Of a DNA stretch of 64,000 bases, positions 10,169-19,515 are shown piece by piece. Within the stretch, counting starts at the first letter, position 1, and every line of letters starts with the position of its first letter. The stretch lies in IMG/VR virus record IMGVR_UViG_3300035492_000236. One strand, 5' to 3'. This DNA comes from a virus. Taxonomy: Duplodnaviria; Caudoviricetes. A program made the position numbers and the translations under genes. The notes under the pieces are model-generated. The model had not been told where the DNA came from. It made no database searches and saw only the letters and a list, made by a program, of their open reading frames with translations.

Positions 10169-11047
10169 TTAAGAACTCCCTATGGTTACGACCGATTGAA
10201 GTCCGCGATGTCGAATTATTTTACGCACATCATCATCGGACATATCGTCAGTGATCCGAATAACATGCCAGCCCCGCTGACCGTTGAAGTGTTCCCCCAC
10301 TAACCCGCCTGCGGTAGTGGTGGGGTTGGCCTTCATCAGGTACTCCCCTCCTTTCTCAAGGAAGCCCACATCGTACATGCTGGCTGCCAGATACGTCACA
10401 TCCACACACGTGACTTTGTCATGCGGGTCGGTACTCCGTGCCCGGAACAGATGAGACAGGCTCACGAACCCGGTCAGGGCTTGATCGTAGGCACTTTCTG
10501 CAGCCGGCAAGTCAAAGTCCGCCCCGAGATTATCCCGATCCACGAACCGGAGGTGGCCTGCATCCATCTCCTTACTGAGGATTTGTCGCAGCTCGTCGAC
10601 TGTCCGCATCCCTGAGTCCGTGATGCTGATCACGGATCCGTTGGGCTTTTCCACAGTGTTCACCATCTCACGACTGACTTCCCAGCCGCGGACAAAGTCA
10701 AAGGTATCGATTAGCCACGTCTGTAGCAGCAATCGATGGCAGAACGTGCCAGGCGCACAATAACAACCGAGGATAATATCGGTGATGCCGTTCTCACCAA
10801 GCGCCAGGCGCTCAAACCGGTGACGGCAAACATCGGTCATGTGCGACAGCCGATCCCGGTAGAGGTCAGTGTACTCCCGCTCGCTCAGCTTACCTGCCTT
10901 AAAGGATCGAACCATCTCCCAGGTGGGGGCGATGTTCTCCCTGACCATCTCAGTCCCGCTACTGACTGTGGTGTCTATGAACACCACGTTACCGTTTCGC
11001 GGAATACACTTTCCTACGTTCATTTGTGCAGTATGTACTCGGATCAT
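10169..11047 (-). CDS. DUF488-like domain (N-terminal ~120 aa) fused to an unknown C-terminal domain
   Basis: IAPTWEMV..FK.G..SE.EY..LY and ILGCYCAPGTFCHRLLL (CxC...CHR) motifs. Confidence 0.55.
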   Translation of the reverse strand: MIRVHTAQMNVGKCIPRNGNVVFIDTTVSSGTEMVRENIAPTWEMVRSFKAGKLSEREYTDLYRDRLSHMTDVCRHRFERLALGENGITDIILGCYCAPGTFCHRLLLQTWLIDTFDFVRGWEVSREMVNTVEKPNGSVISITDSGMRTVDELRQILSKEMDAGHLRFVDRDNLGADFDLPAAESAYDQALTGFVSLSHLFRARSTDPHDKVTCVDVTYLAASMYDVGFLEKGGEYLMKANPTTTAGGLVGEHFNGQRGWHVIRITDDMSDDDVRKIIRHRGLQSVVTIGSS

Positions 11048-11071
11048 GACAGGTTCCTTTTGCCAGTGACA

Positions 11072-11722
11072 TTAGAAGGATTTTGCGCGAATGGCTTGCT
11101 CCTGGTCAATCAGTCCCACGGCCAGTGCCCAATCGGTCAGGGTGTCCGGCGCTCGCCCCGAGATAATGTTCTCAATCGGCGCATCCATCAGATCGACCCC
11201 ATCCTTGGGTTTCAGGATATATCCGTAATGCAGCTCCAGTACCCGAGCAATCAGCGGACGGAGTTTATCCTTGGCGGCCAGAGTCGGCAGTACCTGATGC
11301 TCGTTCTCAGCAACACGCTTCACAATGGCAGGGTCAAACAGACTGCCGATGACGCGATACGCAAAGCTGAGGCGGTCGGTGGTTTCTTTTTGGAGCCCTT
11401 GACTGCCGTACAATACGAAGCTGGAAAACAAACCACGCACTCTGGTCAGGACCTCGTGGTTGGACTGCAGCACCGTCCGATACGTAGTCACTGGGTCCGT
11501 GACATACACCGCGATCGATTCTACGGCTTCCGGCGATGTTGGAATAGTCAGCACCTGCCGTTCGTTGTAAGTGTGAGTAACACGAATTTGGTTACCGTCA
11601 CGAATCAGCTTGACCGGATGATCGTCTGGCAGTTCAACTACCGTGTCGCCTGCCGCCAGTCGACTGATGCGGAGGTGGTCGCCGACAGTAAGGGTTACGT
11701 TATTGATTTCAAGGGTTTGCAT
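11072..11722 (-). CDS. Hypothetical protein
   Basis: 216-aa ORF with GGAG SD. Confidence 0.65.
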   Translation of the reverse strand: MQTLEINNVTLTVGDHLRISRLAAGDTVVELPDDHPVKLIRDGNQIRVTHTYNERQVLTIPTSPEAVESIAVYVTDPVTTYRTVLQSNHEVLTRVRGLFSSFVLYGSQGLQKETTDRLSFAYRVIGSLFDPAIVKRVAENEHQVLPTLAAKDKLRPLIARVLELHYGYILKPKDGVDLMDAPIENIISGRAPDTLTDWALAVGLIDQEQAIRAKSF

Positions 11723-11724
11723 GT

Positions 11725-12720
11725 TTACTCCTTAGTGAATTGAGGGAAGAGTCGATTAAATAAAGTGTCAAAGCGCTCCACCTTGACGTTCTGACCAGCA
11801 GTGGCTAACGCCCACCGGTCTGTGTGACATAGCGCCGCGTATGTGTCTTCGCTGGCACCTATGTAGGGTGCCAGTTCAGCAGCGCCGGAAGGGTGCACGT
11901 CCCACTGAGGATTGATGCGACTGCAAAACGCCAGAAGTTCCTGACCGACTTCCTTCAGTGAGCGGGTGTCATTGAGCGGGCGGCGGTAGCTGGTTAACAT
12001 GCCGCGGATGAGTTCTATCTCCACCTGTCGTGTGCGGGAGGTGGGCAGCTTGTCGAGAAACCGGTTCGTTTGGGATAGGTCGCCCATGTTGGCAGCACGT
12101 ACCGCATTTTCCTGCCACAGATCCTCTTTAGCTTTGTCATCCTCAATCGAGTCGATCAGCAGCTCGACCAACTGCGGTGCCTTCCACGCCAGTAGGCTGG
12201 CGGTGAGCCCGCGCACCAGCGCCGACTGTCCGGTCACGTCCACCACCGAAAACAGCATGTCTGAGGTTTTCCCGATGGCAGAGTTTACCAGCTCCACCAT
12301 GGGTCCCACGTTAATCGCATCGATGGCACTGTCCACATACTGAGCAACGCCATTATACATAACCTTTACTTGATTCAGACCGTCAAAGTTCTTAACTGCC
12401 TGCACTAACTCGGTTTTCTCCAAATCGCCCACTAGCCGATCCAGGTTGGGAATGTCAAATGCCTGCTCAAGTTGCGACTGGACGTTAGAAAACTCAGAAG
12501 AGATGTTTTCCAGAAAGCTGTCTGCTCGAGTGGTGAGTGTAGCCAGCACTTTATCTGGGTCCAATACGTCTTGTTTCAGGTAGTTGGCCGCCGCCCTGCG
12601 AAGCGGGTCATCGCCAATTAACTGGTTCTTTTTCTGGAGGACGTCCTCGCGAAACACGTCCACCACCGTCGGCACCTTTTTCGGGTCCGTGTTAAAGATG
12701 AGGGGTCTGACCTCACTCAT
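11725..12720 (-). CDS. Conserved jumbo-phage protein, possibly virion structural
   Basis: ~331-aa ORF; N-terminal FNTDPKKVPTVVDVF resembles phiKZ-like structural proteins (recalled, weak). Confidence 0.5.
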   Translation of the reverse strand: MSEVRPLIFNTDPKKVPTVVDVFREDVLQKKNQLIGDDPLRRAAANYLKQDVLDPDKVLATLTTRADSFLENISSEFSNVQSQLEQAFDIPNLDRLVGDLEKTELVQAVKNFDGLNQVKVMYNGVAQYVDSAIDAINVGPMVELVNSAIGKTSDMLFSVVDVTGQSALVRGLTASLLAWKAPQLVELLIDSIEDDKAKEDLWQENAVRAANMGDLSQTNRFLDKLPTSRTRQVEIELIRGMLTSYRRPLNDTRSLKEVGQELLAFCSRINPQWDVHPSGAAELAPYIGASEDTYAALCHTDRWALATAGQNVKVERFDTLFNRLFPQFTKE

Positions 12721-13135
12721 GATCATCGTCCTTTGTGTTGCTGTGGTCGTGACGGGTATCGATATCCATGAGGTCGGAAATCAACGTCACCTCGACGGGT
12801 TCTATACCGCGCTTGCGTCGAACCTTGATGGTCAGCTCGATCTCAGAAAAACCGGCTGACTTCAACCCCTCGATAAACCGATTCCAGCTCAGGCGGTCAT
12901 ATTTAGTCAGGGCAGCCATCAGGTTAGATCGCCGTTCGCTCCGCCGGTCCGGCGTTTGCTCGGGCACGTTCTGCGGGTTATTCACAAACTTGGTCATGTA
13001 CCTATCCCATTGCGGGTAGGTGATGTTGGCCCGATCGATGATGGTCCAAAACAATTTGCCGAGTAAGTTGCCGTGAGATAATTCAATCTGACGTTGTGGG
13101 TTTTCCGTGGCCTCTCTGGCCCGTTTCTTTGACAT
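12713..13135 (-). CDS. Hypothetical protein
   Basis: 140-aa ORF overlapping the next gene start. Confidence 0.65.
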   Translation of the reverse strand: MSKKRAREATENPQRQIELSHGNLLGKLFWTIIDRANITYPQWDRYMTKFVNNPQNVPEQTPDRRSERRSNLMAALTKYDRLSWNRFIEGLKSAGFSEIELTIKVRRKRGIEPVEVTLISDLMDIDTRHDHSNTKDDDHE

Positions 13136-13180
13136 AGTGACCTCTGATGCTTAACAACATCGCGTCCTAAATGGACGAGC

Positions 13181-13687
13181 TCATAACAATGCCTCGCCAA
13201 AGCGTATCACTTCTTGATACAATCGACGAGACTTCTTTTGGTAATACGTAACCAGCTCTGCGTTTACGGTCGCAGGCATGGCATGTCGGATCTCCTGCAA
13301 TTGAATAGCGATGGTTTCGATGATCTCCTCAATGTTAAGCAGATATCCACGATCAACCATAAACTCGATGAGTGTGGTTGGGGTGGGGGTATCCGCGTAC
13401 CAATCTGGCATTTGAGTGTAGTACTTCTGGCTCGGACTGTCCGCAATCACGCAATTACGGAACGTCGCCAGCGCTTGCACCACCTCGCCAATATCATGTG
13501 CCCGCATGTCAATATTAACCTGACGTTGTTCTGCCAAGGTAGGCAATTCACGGTACTCCAATAGAAACTGGTAAAGTGCATCGGCATACACGATTTCCCC
13601 GACCTGCTTCATTTTATGAAGACGTTTCTCTGCAAGCCACAGTCGTCGCTTACGTGGAGATAAAATATATCCTAAAAACTTTTTCAT
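13181..13687 (-). CDS. Hypothetical protein
   Basis: ORF probably starts at MKKFLGY (13687). Confidence 0.6.
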   Translation of the reverse strand: MKKFLGYILSPRKRRLWLAEKRLHKMKQVGEIVYADALYQFLLEYRELPTLAEQRQVNIDMRAHDIGEVVQALATFRNCVIADSPSQKYYTQMPDWYADTPTPTTLIEFMVDRGYLLNIEEIIETIAIQLQEIRHAMPATVNAELVTYYQKKSRRLYQEVIRFGEALL

Positions 13688-13703
13688 GGAGGCATTGAAT
13701 CCA

Positions 13704-14144
13704 ATGGCTGAAGACATTGTAAAAGATCCCGATGATGATCGCCTGCTACAAAACCAGACGTTGCGTCACGACATCATCAATCACCTGATCTCGGACAAAG
13801 ACGGCAAGCGCAATATCCCAGATGACCTGGATGCCCTGACGTTGGTGAAAAGTCTGCTGAAAGACAGCGACTCGTCCGTGTTCACGAAGAAACGCCTGAC
13901 TGTTGATGAGATCGGTGCTGAGAACGACCGTCGTGCTGCCGAGCTGTTGGATCAGGTGTTGAACCGAGCACCGCGCATCGACCGCAACGCTGAGCGTAGC
14001 GTGCGTGGTCCTGATATCAGTCGTGGCCAGTTGCCTGACTTTAACTTGACCCAAGGCGAGACGAGTCAGGTGGGTGATGTGGTTGACCTCGACCAAATTG
14101 TGGCCGAGGGTCGTGCTAAGCTGAAGGGGATAACGGAAGACTGA
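13704..14144 (+). CDS. Hypothetical protein (lone + strand gene in a - strand block)
   Basis: GGAGG SD at 13688-13692 before ATG 13704; acidic, protein-like composition. Confidence 0.65.
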   Translation: MAEDIVKDPDDDRLLQNQTLRHDIINHLISDKDGKRNIPDDLDALTLVKSLLKDSDSSVFTKKRLTVDEIGAENDRRAAELLDQVLNRAPRIDRNAERSVRGPDISRGQLPDFNLTQGETSQVGDVVDLDQIVAEGRAKLKGITED

Positions 14145-14823
14145 AATAACTCGGCTTCCACCAATGCAGGCTGAAGTATTCCGCCAGTTGTTGCTTCACC
14201 CGAACGAACGGGTCGATCGATTCCCGTTCAATGTGGGCTAGCAGTTCAGGGTCATCATCGATAATAACCCCTTGCGTATACAGCGTCACCCGCGGAATGC
14301 GGTGTGACGCTAACGCTTCTTTTTGTGCGTCCATCCACGGGATAGCATTATACATGATCATGGCGCTATAGCGATCGCCAACCAGTTTGGGCGTTAACTC
14401 AGTCACGGGGTGTGACACCATGGACACTAACGTACCTTCGATAGCCAGTTCGCTAATAGCCGCCACAAACTCGTCCTGAAGCTCCTCAGTGAGTCTGTAC
14501 GGCCAGTAGTTAATGAATAGGTGTAACCGGTCATGTATTGGAGAAACGTCGCCACGGACCTTATGTGGCGCTAGGAGACGCCCTAAGGTTTTTGCAAACA
14601 CGGTAGCGTGTGATGACTTAATCACGCTGAGGTCCCGCTCTGCCCAGGCCGAATCCCATTCATTTTTATTTACGCCAAATAATTCAGGCAAATTGTCTTT
14701 ATAGCGGTTGACATATGCTGCCATATCAACCGTGGGTACGCGCGAGGGAAATCGGGCCCGCAATAAACCAATACGGGTGTCGAGCAGGGAATCAAGGTCA
14801 ATTAACACATCTTGCGATTGCAT
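14116..14823 (-). CDS. Conserved hypothetical protein with an N-terminal HAD-like DxD strand
   Basis: VLIDLDSLLDTR; other HAD motifs not evident. Confidence 0.5.
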   Translation of the reverse strand: MQSQDVLIDLDSLLDTRIGLLRARFPSRVPTVDMAAYVNRYKDNLPELFGVNKNEWDSAWAERDLSVIKSSHATVFAKTLGRLLAPHKVRGDVSPIHDRLHLFINYWPYRLTEELQDEFVAAISELAIEGTLVSMVSHPVTELTPKLVGDRYSAMIMYNAIPWMDAQKEALASHRIPRVTLYTQGVIIDDDPELLAHIERESIDPFVRVKQQLAEYFSLHWWKPSYFSLPLSPSA

Positions 14824-14824
14824 A

Positions 14825-15286
14825 TCACACTCCAGCAGACAACTCACTCAGAACGGAGCGGAAGGCCGCCGTGATTAAATAGATCACCAGCGGTCCACCA
14901 CTTTCAATCAGACTGTGGTCGATGCGGTCCGTTACCTGAGTATCGAACAACTCCATAACACCAAGATCTCCTAAGGTCTCGGAGAATACATTCTGCAGTT
15001 TACTGAAACTCACATCTGGACCCATGGTGTCAAGATCCATCCGCAGGTGTATTGCCGTCCGTGCAATGAAGTTGGTGAGGTATGCCTGGGTGGCTGCTTG
15101 CTGCGCATCGATACCCTGGAGGATATTTTGGTAGCCTTCATGAGTGAAGATCGACAGCGTCACCGAGCCAAAAACCCCTGCGAACTGTTCGATACGTCCC
15201 GAAGTGTCGTCAGCTGTGTTGAGCTCTTGCCGTATTTGATCGCGGACGAGATTGAGCGCGTACTGATAAATGGATGACGTGTTCAT
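14825..15286 (-). CDS. Hypothetical protein
   Basis: 153-aa ORF tightly packed between neighbours. Confidence 0.6.
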   Translation of the reverse strand: MNTSSIYQYALNLVRDQIRQELNTADDTSGRIEQFAGVFGSVTLSIFTHEGYQNILQGIDAQQAATQAYLTNFIARTAIHLRMDLDTMGPDVSFSKLQNVFSETLGDLGVMELFDTQVTDRIDHSLIESGGPLVIYLITAAFRSVLSELSAGV

Positions 15287-15288
15287 CG

Positions 15289-15951
15289 TTAGTATCCCAG
15301 GTTAGTGCCGATGTGCATGCAGCGGAAAATGATGCCAGTGGTGACCACCGACTTGGTGCGGGTTTTATCCGCCCCTTCGAAGGATTGGGAGGCGCTACCA
15401 AACTGACGTAACTGCCGATCAACCGCCTGGCGGGCTTTGTTATCGCCGCCACGGATCTTGATCAGTTCGCGAATGGTTTCTTTATATCCTTTCGTGGCCA
15501 TAACGTAGATCTGCGGAAATGAAAAGGAAGAACCTTTCGACGCACCAGTGGCCTGACCCGTGGTCTTGTCAATCGTCCGGTTGTGGTCGGCGATGGAGAT
15601 CTTTTTATCGATCATCTGAGTTTGTCGGCGAACCGGCAACGGCAGCACGATATGCTTCTTGCGTGTCAGGGAAGTCACCCCTGTACGTGGGTCCGTCAAC
15701 CAACACTTCTGCTCTGGCTCATACCCAAGCTTTCGCATGATCTCTACGTTGCGCATGTGGTCGATCCTCACCTTACCGCCATTGGGCGCATAGATTGGGA
15801 TTGGCCGTGCAATAAATGCTTCCAGGGCCTTATCGTCAAGGCGGGGGAAGATCTTTTCTTGGTACAGTCGTTTGTTTTCCCCTGAGGGGTCGACCTGGTG
15901 TACATAATCGAGGATAAACGCCTCGATTTTCTTACGGGTTTGCGGTTTCAT
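15289..15951 (-). CDS. Virion RNA polymerase beta-subunit C-terminal fragment, phiKZ gp149-like
   Basis: LPVRRQTQ..DKKIS...IDKTTGQATGASKGSSFSFPQ...IRELIKIRGGD parallels the RNAP beta C-terminal region; located near the RecA-like gene as in phiKZ; start MKPQT with AAGGA SD. Confidence 0.8.
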   Translation of the reverse strand: MKPQTRKKIEAFILDYVHQVDPSGENKRLYQEKIFPRLDDKALEAFIARPIPIYAPNGGKVRIDHMRNVEIMRKLGYEPEQKCWLTDPRTGVTSLTRKKHIVLPLPVRRQTQMIDKKISIADHNRTIDKTTGQATGASKGSSFSFPQIYVMATKGYKETIRELIKIRGGDNKARQAVDRQLRQFGSASQSFEGADKTRTKSVVTTGIIFRCMHIGTNLGY

Positions 15952-16123
15952 ACTGGGTTCCTTGCGTGCGTGGCTCGCTGAGGATGGCGGTGAGTTCCTC
16001 ACTAACGGCCCGAACAATGGCCGCTCGTAACCGATCGACCTGGATGCGATCGTGGACTTCGGTATAAATAGTGGTAACGACGCCCTTGTCAGTGATGTCG
16101 GTTTTCACACTAACGTTACTCAT
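15932..16123 (-). CDS. Small hypothetical protein
   Basis: 63-aa ORF, ATGA-coupled to the upstream gene. Confidence 0.45.
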   Translation of the reverse strand: MSNVSVKTDITDKGVVTTIYTEVHDRIQVDRLRAAIVRAVSEELTAILSEPRTQGTQYETANP

Positions 16124-16629
16124 GTGGTTTTCCCCTGCTTTATTTTTCTCACCGTGACCAGGCGCCCTTCCTGGATCGCTTGCTCGGTGATATACTTACA
16201 TTCCTTACTTAACCCTTGGGTGATCACAACGACGACATGGGATGCGGCCACCATGCGCCGATCGCGCGCTTTGGTTAAGCGCACAGACGGTTGGGTCCAC
16301 TCTTCGATTTGACCAGAGTCGTGTATGTCCACCTCAATGTGATTGCGTGTTGCATATTGACGCACAATAGCTTCAACGCCGTCATGTTGCCCAGTTTGAA
16401 TGCGCACATTGACCTTGCGTTCAAAAATAGACAAGATAGAAGTAATGCAGTTGGATACCGCCGCTTTATCTGTCAGATCGCTATCGCCTGTGATGGCGAC
16501 AGACACCTGGTCCATGGTGTCAGGATCAAGTCCTGCAAAAAACAGTTCTGCATGACCGACGTTTGTGTGCGAAAATAACCCACCGTGTTCCAAGGTGTCA
16601 AGTAGCTTGTCAAAGATGGGATTGCGCAT
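16120..16629 (-). CDS. SLOG-superfamily (YspA-like) nucleotide-binding protein
   Basis: VAITGDSD..D, TGQHDGVEAIVRQYA, RDRRMVAASHVVVVI...S..CKY pattern. Confidence 0.55.
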   Translation of the reverse strand: MRNPIFDKLLDTLEHGGLFSHTNVGHAELFFAGLDPDTMDQVSVAITGDSDLTDKAAVSNCITSILSIFERKVNVRIQTGQHDGVEAIVRQYATRNHIEVDIHDSGQIEEWTQPSVRLTKARDRRMVAASHVVVVITQGLSKECKYITEQAIQEGRLVTVRKIKQGKTT

Positions 16630-16967
16630 TATCTATCCAACTTAATATAAGTGGGGAAATAGCGGTCCATCAAGTTGCGGATCCAACCAGCTACATCTTG
16701 GGACCGGTTCAAAGTCCCCAGGCTATTGCGGGCTCGACGAACTTCTTCGTGCAGTCGCTGATTATCACGTCCACGATGCTCACGATAACGGGACAACAAC
16801 TGCCAGTTCAGAAAACTGTTGATATCTCGCACTTCTTCGTGCCAGTGGGTATTAATAGAACGGGTGCGCGACTTCCAATCGTGGTAGGCTTCGCGCAGCT
16901 CGCAACTGAGTTCAGGATATTGGTACTGGATCTCCAGTTCCAATTCCCGCATAATGCGTCCAGTCAT
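16629..16967 (-). CDS. Hypothetical protein
   Basis: 112-aa ORF, AGGAG SD, stop/start overlap. Confidence 0.6.
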   Translation of the reverse strand: MTGRIMRELELEIQYQYPELSCELREAYHDWKSRTRSINTHWHEEVRDINSFLNWQLLSRYREHRGRDNQRLHEEVRRARNSLGTLNRSQDVAGWIRNLMDRYFPTYIKLDR

Positions 16968-16978
16968 AATAACTCCTA

Positions 16979-16996
16979 GGCGGGGACTACCCCGCC
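16979..16996 (-). terminator. Hairpin directly after RecA and abutting the next SD
   Basis: GGCGGGG-ACTA-CCCCGCC; no U-tract. Confidence 0.4.
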
Positions 16997-17004
16997 CGTT
17001 GTTG

Positions 17005-18456
17005 TCACTTTGAACAGGAGAGCATCTTAGGTTTAAGGTTGCCCAATGCCATGTCCAACAGTGTCATAATGGTGATAGTGGGCTTGCCAATCTCTTCCTC
17101 TTGGTCTTGGAAGTACCAGTACTCAACCGTGTCTTGGAGGATCTGGTTCCAGTCAAAGCCCCGTTCTTTGATTTTGTCGTACAGCTCCTGCGCACTCATC
17201 CGATATTCAGGGTCAAGGTGGAACCAGTTCATGTTGATATATGCCAGAGACGCAGTGATGGCCATGGCTCGTTTGAACTTGGCATTGGCCTCGAGCAGCT
17301 CGCGCAGGTTCTTCCGGGTGAATGTTACCTCCGGGTAGATATCGAGCTTCTTGAACGCCCCACCTGAGCCGGAGGATGTCACGCCAAACTCCTTCGCATG
17401 TTCGCGAATGTAGTTAAATTCAGTTACACCGACCAGTAGGCCTTCGATTTGTGAAAAAGCGATTTCGATGCTGGCGCCAGTTGGACCGGATTTGCCTCGC
17501 AGTTCAGTGAATTCAATGAACCGCAAGTCGGTGTCGCCCACACGCGGTTCCACGTCCGGGTGGGGGTATTCTGGCATCTTATCGGATTTGTTGAGACCGT
17601 TACGAAACCCGGTGGCCAACAATACACTGTTCGGCAGGAAACTAAATCCGCGTCCAGGTACGCCTTTGAACTTCAGGTTGCCTTTCAACCCTTCCAACTT
17701 CTTCTGGGAGGGGGCGTACATGTCCATCTTCAGTTCGTCATCCGCGTGAGCGATCAGGCCAAAGTAGTAGTTACCACGCGCCGCCACGGTAGGCATCTGC
17801 TTCATCAGCTGTGCTTTGGAGCGTGCATCATCCATAGCTTCAGTGTTCAGGTCAGACTCACCCACGGTGCCTTTGTCGTACTTCTTCTCAACGGAGCCAG
17901 TGTGGAATTCTGACAAGGAATCGACGGTAAAGATCCACGGGTTGAGCATGGTGGCGTAGGTGCCGTCCATTTCTTTGAATGGAGTGATGCGATGATCTTT
18001 CTCTTTGATTTTTTCACGGTTGGCCAGTTCACCCCGACAGTTGTCCCGCCACCACAGCTCGCCCGGCTGTACCGCGGAGTTGGTCATGTTCCACGGGGTG
18101 TCAGGGTCGTCCAGCAACTGAAGGATGTCAGGCCGCTCTTCCCAGTGATGGTCGCGTACTACGCTGTCAATGTAGTCTTGTATGCGTCCAACTTTCATTG
18201 ACAGTTCTGAATCGTAAAACTCGGTGTATTCGAACTGGTACCGCAATGAGGCAGTGGAGGCCAGTGTACACGACAGCGCTGACTTGAACGTATTGCCGCG
18301 TCCGCCGAAGCCCATGATTTGTCCATACCCGCCATCGAGGTACCAGAGGTTATCTTTTCCTTTCAGAAAACGACCGGTCATCAAGTCCAAGATGGAGAAG
18401 ACGTTAAACCGTGGGCGGATGGTTTTCGCACGAACGCGTGAGCTAGGTCCAGCCAT
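17005..18456 (-). CDS. uvsX: RecA/UvsX-like recombinase, phiKZ gp152-like
   Basis: Walker A GFGGRGNTFKS, Walker B IFTVDSLSEF, RGKSGPTG motif; 483 aa. Confidence 0.85.
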   Translation of the reverse strand: MAGPSSRVRAKTIRPRFNVFSILDLMTGRFLKGKDNLWYLDGGYGQIMGFGGRGNTFKSALSCTLASTASLRYQFEYTEFYDSELSMKVGRIQDYIDSVVRDHHWEERPDILQLLDDPDTPWNMTNSAVQPGELWWRDNCRGELANREKIKEKDHRITPFKEMDGTYATMLNPWIFTVDSLSEFHTGSVEKKYDKGTVGESDLNTEAMDDARSKAQLMKQMPTVAARGNYYFGLIAHADDELKMDMYAPSQKKLEGLKGNLKFKGVPGRGFSFLPNSVLLATGFRNGLNKSDKMPEYPHPDVEPRVGDTDLRFIEFTELRGKSGPTGASIEIAFSQIEGLLVGVTEFNYIREHAKEFGVTSSGSGGAFKKLDIYPEVTFTRKNLRELLEANAKFKRAMAITASLAYINMNWFHLDPEYRMSAQELYDKIKERGFDWNQILQDTVEYWYFQDQEEEIGKPTITIMTLLDMALGNLKPKMLSCSK

Positions 18457-18481
18457 GTTATCATTTCCCCTTTAATCATTC

Positions 18482-18486
18482 TATGT
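18482..18486 (+). promoter_or_regulatory. Putative late promoter (TATG)
   Basis: TATGT 65 nt upstream of a structural gene; TATG is the published phiKZ late-promoter core, but such a short motif is weak evidence. Confidence 0.35.
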
Positions 18487-18549
18487 GTGGTTCATTCAAA
18501 AGATGATGTCCTATCCTAAAAAATAAACTTTTTGTGAGGTACTAACCTG

Positions 18550-19401
18550 ATGCAAACGTTACCTAAGCTCATTGAGCTCCAACGACTCAATGTTGCGATC
18601 GAACACGAGGCCGCGTCCAGCTTTTATGAGAACTTCGCACGGGTGTTTAAAAACTCCCTATTTGGGCGCATGTCTGAACGGGTTAGCGAACTGTTCGGCA
18701 AGAACATGGCCAGTCATTACAGCTGGTCGCCAAGGGTTGAGCAAGATCTGCTTGCGTGGGCGGACCGGGAGTCTTATATGGTACTGGGCGATGTGACACT
18801 GTTTGTACCAGTCGGTCTGAAAGTGACGTACCTGGAGTACTTGGACGCACTGGAAAATGCACTGCCGCATATTCTCAAGCTGAACGAAGAGCTACTCCAG
18901 CCAGCCATCGAGACCGTGGGTGTGCTGATCAACAATCCCGGCCTGGCGGCGTCCAAATCCGGTCTCAAAGGCACTGCCTTCACTGGCAAACTGTTTGGGG
19001 TTAAGCCGGAAGACGTGGCCAAAGAAATCAGCAAGTGTTTCGATGCAGCGAGCCGCGATGACACCGCCAAATACAAACAGGTGCTGAAGCGAAACCAAGA
19101 CCTGTCCGTGACCGTGCAGCGACTGGCTCAACTCCAGGACAACTTGCCACTCAGCCATATGCAAGCTGTCGAGCGCAACATGCGACAGTTGATACAGCTG
19201 GCCGATGAGCTGGTAACGCAAATGAAAGACGATGAGCGCTATCAATCGCTCTCACCGAAGATGGGTGGAATGATCTCCGATCAGCTGTACCAATGCGCGG
19301 TGTGGGTAGAGTTCTTTGCTGTCTACCAACGTCAGGTGCTGGTGTTGAGCACTGCACTGGAAGACAGTGTGAAGAAACTGAAAAAGATCTCAAAAAAATA
19401 A
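18550..19401 (+). CDS. Probable virion structural protein, phiKZ gp153-like
   Basis: 283-aa helical ORF divergent from RecA (phiKZ synteny); N-terminal LNVAIEHEA and FVPVGLKVTYLEY segments. Confidence 0.55.
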   Translation: MQTLPKLIELQRLNVAIEHEAASSFYENFARVFKNSLFGRMSERVSELFGKNMASHYSWSPRVEQDLLAWADRESYMVLGDVTLFVPVGLKVTYLEYLDALENALPHILKLNEELLQPAIETVGVLINNPGLAASKSGLKGTAFTGKLFGVKPEDVAKEISKCFDAASRDDTAKYKQVLKRNQDLSVTVQRLAQLQDNLPLSHMQAVERNMRQLIQLADELVTQMKDDERYQSLSPKMGGMISDQLYQCAVWVEFFAVYQRQVLVLSTALEDSVKKLKKISKK

Positions 19402-19445
19402 AAAAAAAAGAACCGTCGGGAGGGCTAGCGTCCTCCCGCGTTTTG
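19400..19445. terminator. Bidirectional terminator
   Basis: A-tract, CGGGAGGGC-TAGC-GTCCTCCCG (19417-19438), TTTT. Confidence 0.8.
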
Positions 19446-19464
19446 TGCAGATACCGAACGATCA

Positions 19465-19483
19465 GACTATATATCTGAGATTA
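19465..19483 (-). promoter_or_regulatory. Copy of the AT-rich promoter-like motif (TAATCTCAGATATATA on - strand)
   Basis: 16 nt identical to 55920-55935. Confidence 0.5.
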
Positions 19484-19515
19484 CTGTTACTGACGATAGC
19501 CAGATATGACGAAGG

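Noticed and set aside
10736-11743. 335-aa + strand ORF
   Set aside because: Shadow of - strand genes with clear SDs; no recognisable motifs.
15289-18456. Intein or intron in the RNAP fragment or RecA
   Set aside because: Lengths fit uninterrupted homologs; no C...HN splice motifs or homing-endonuclease motifs seen.
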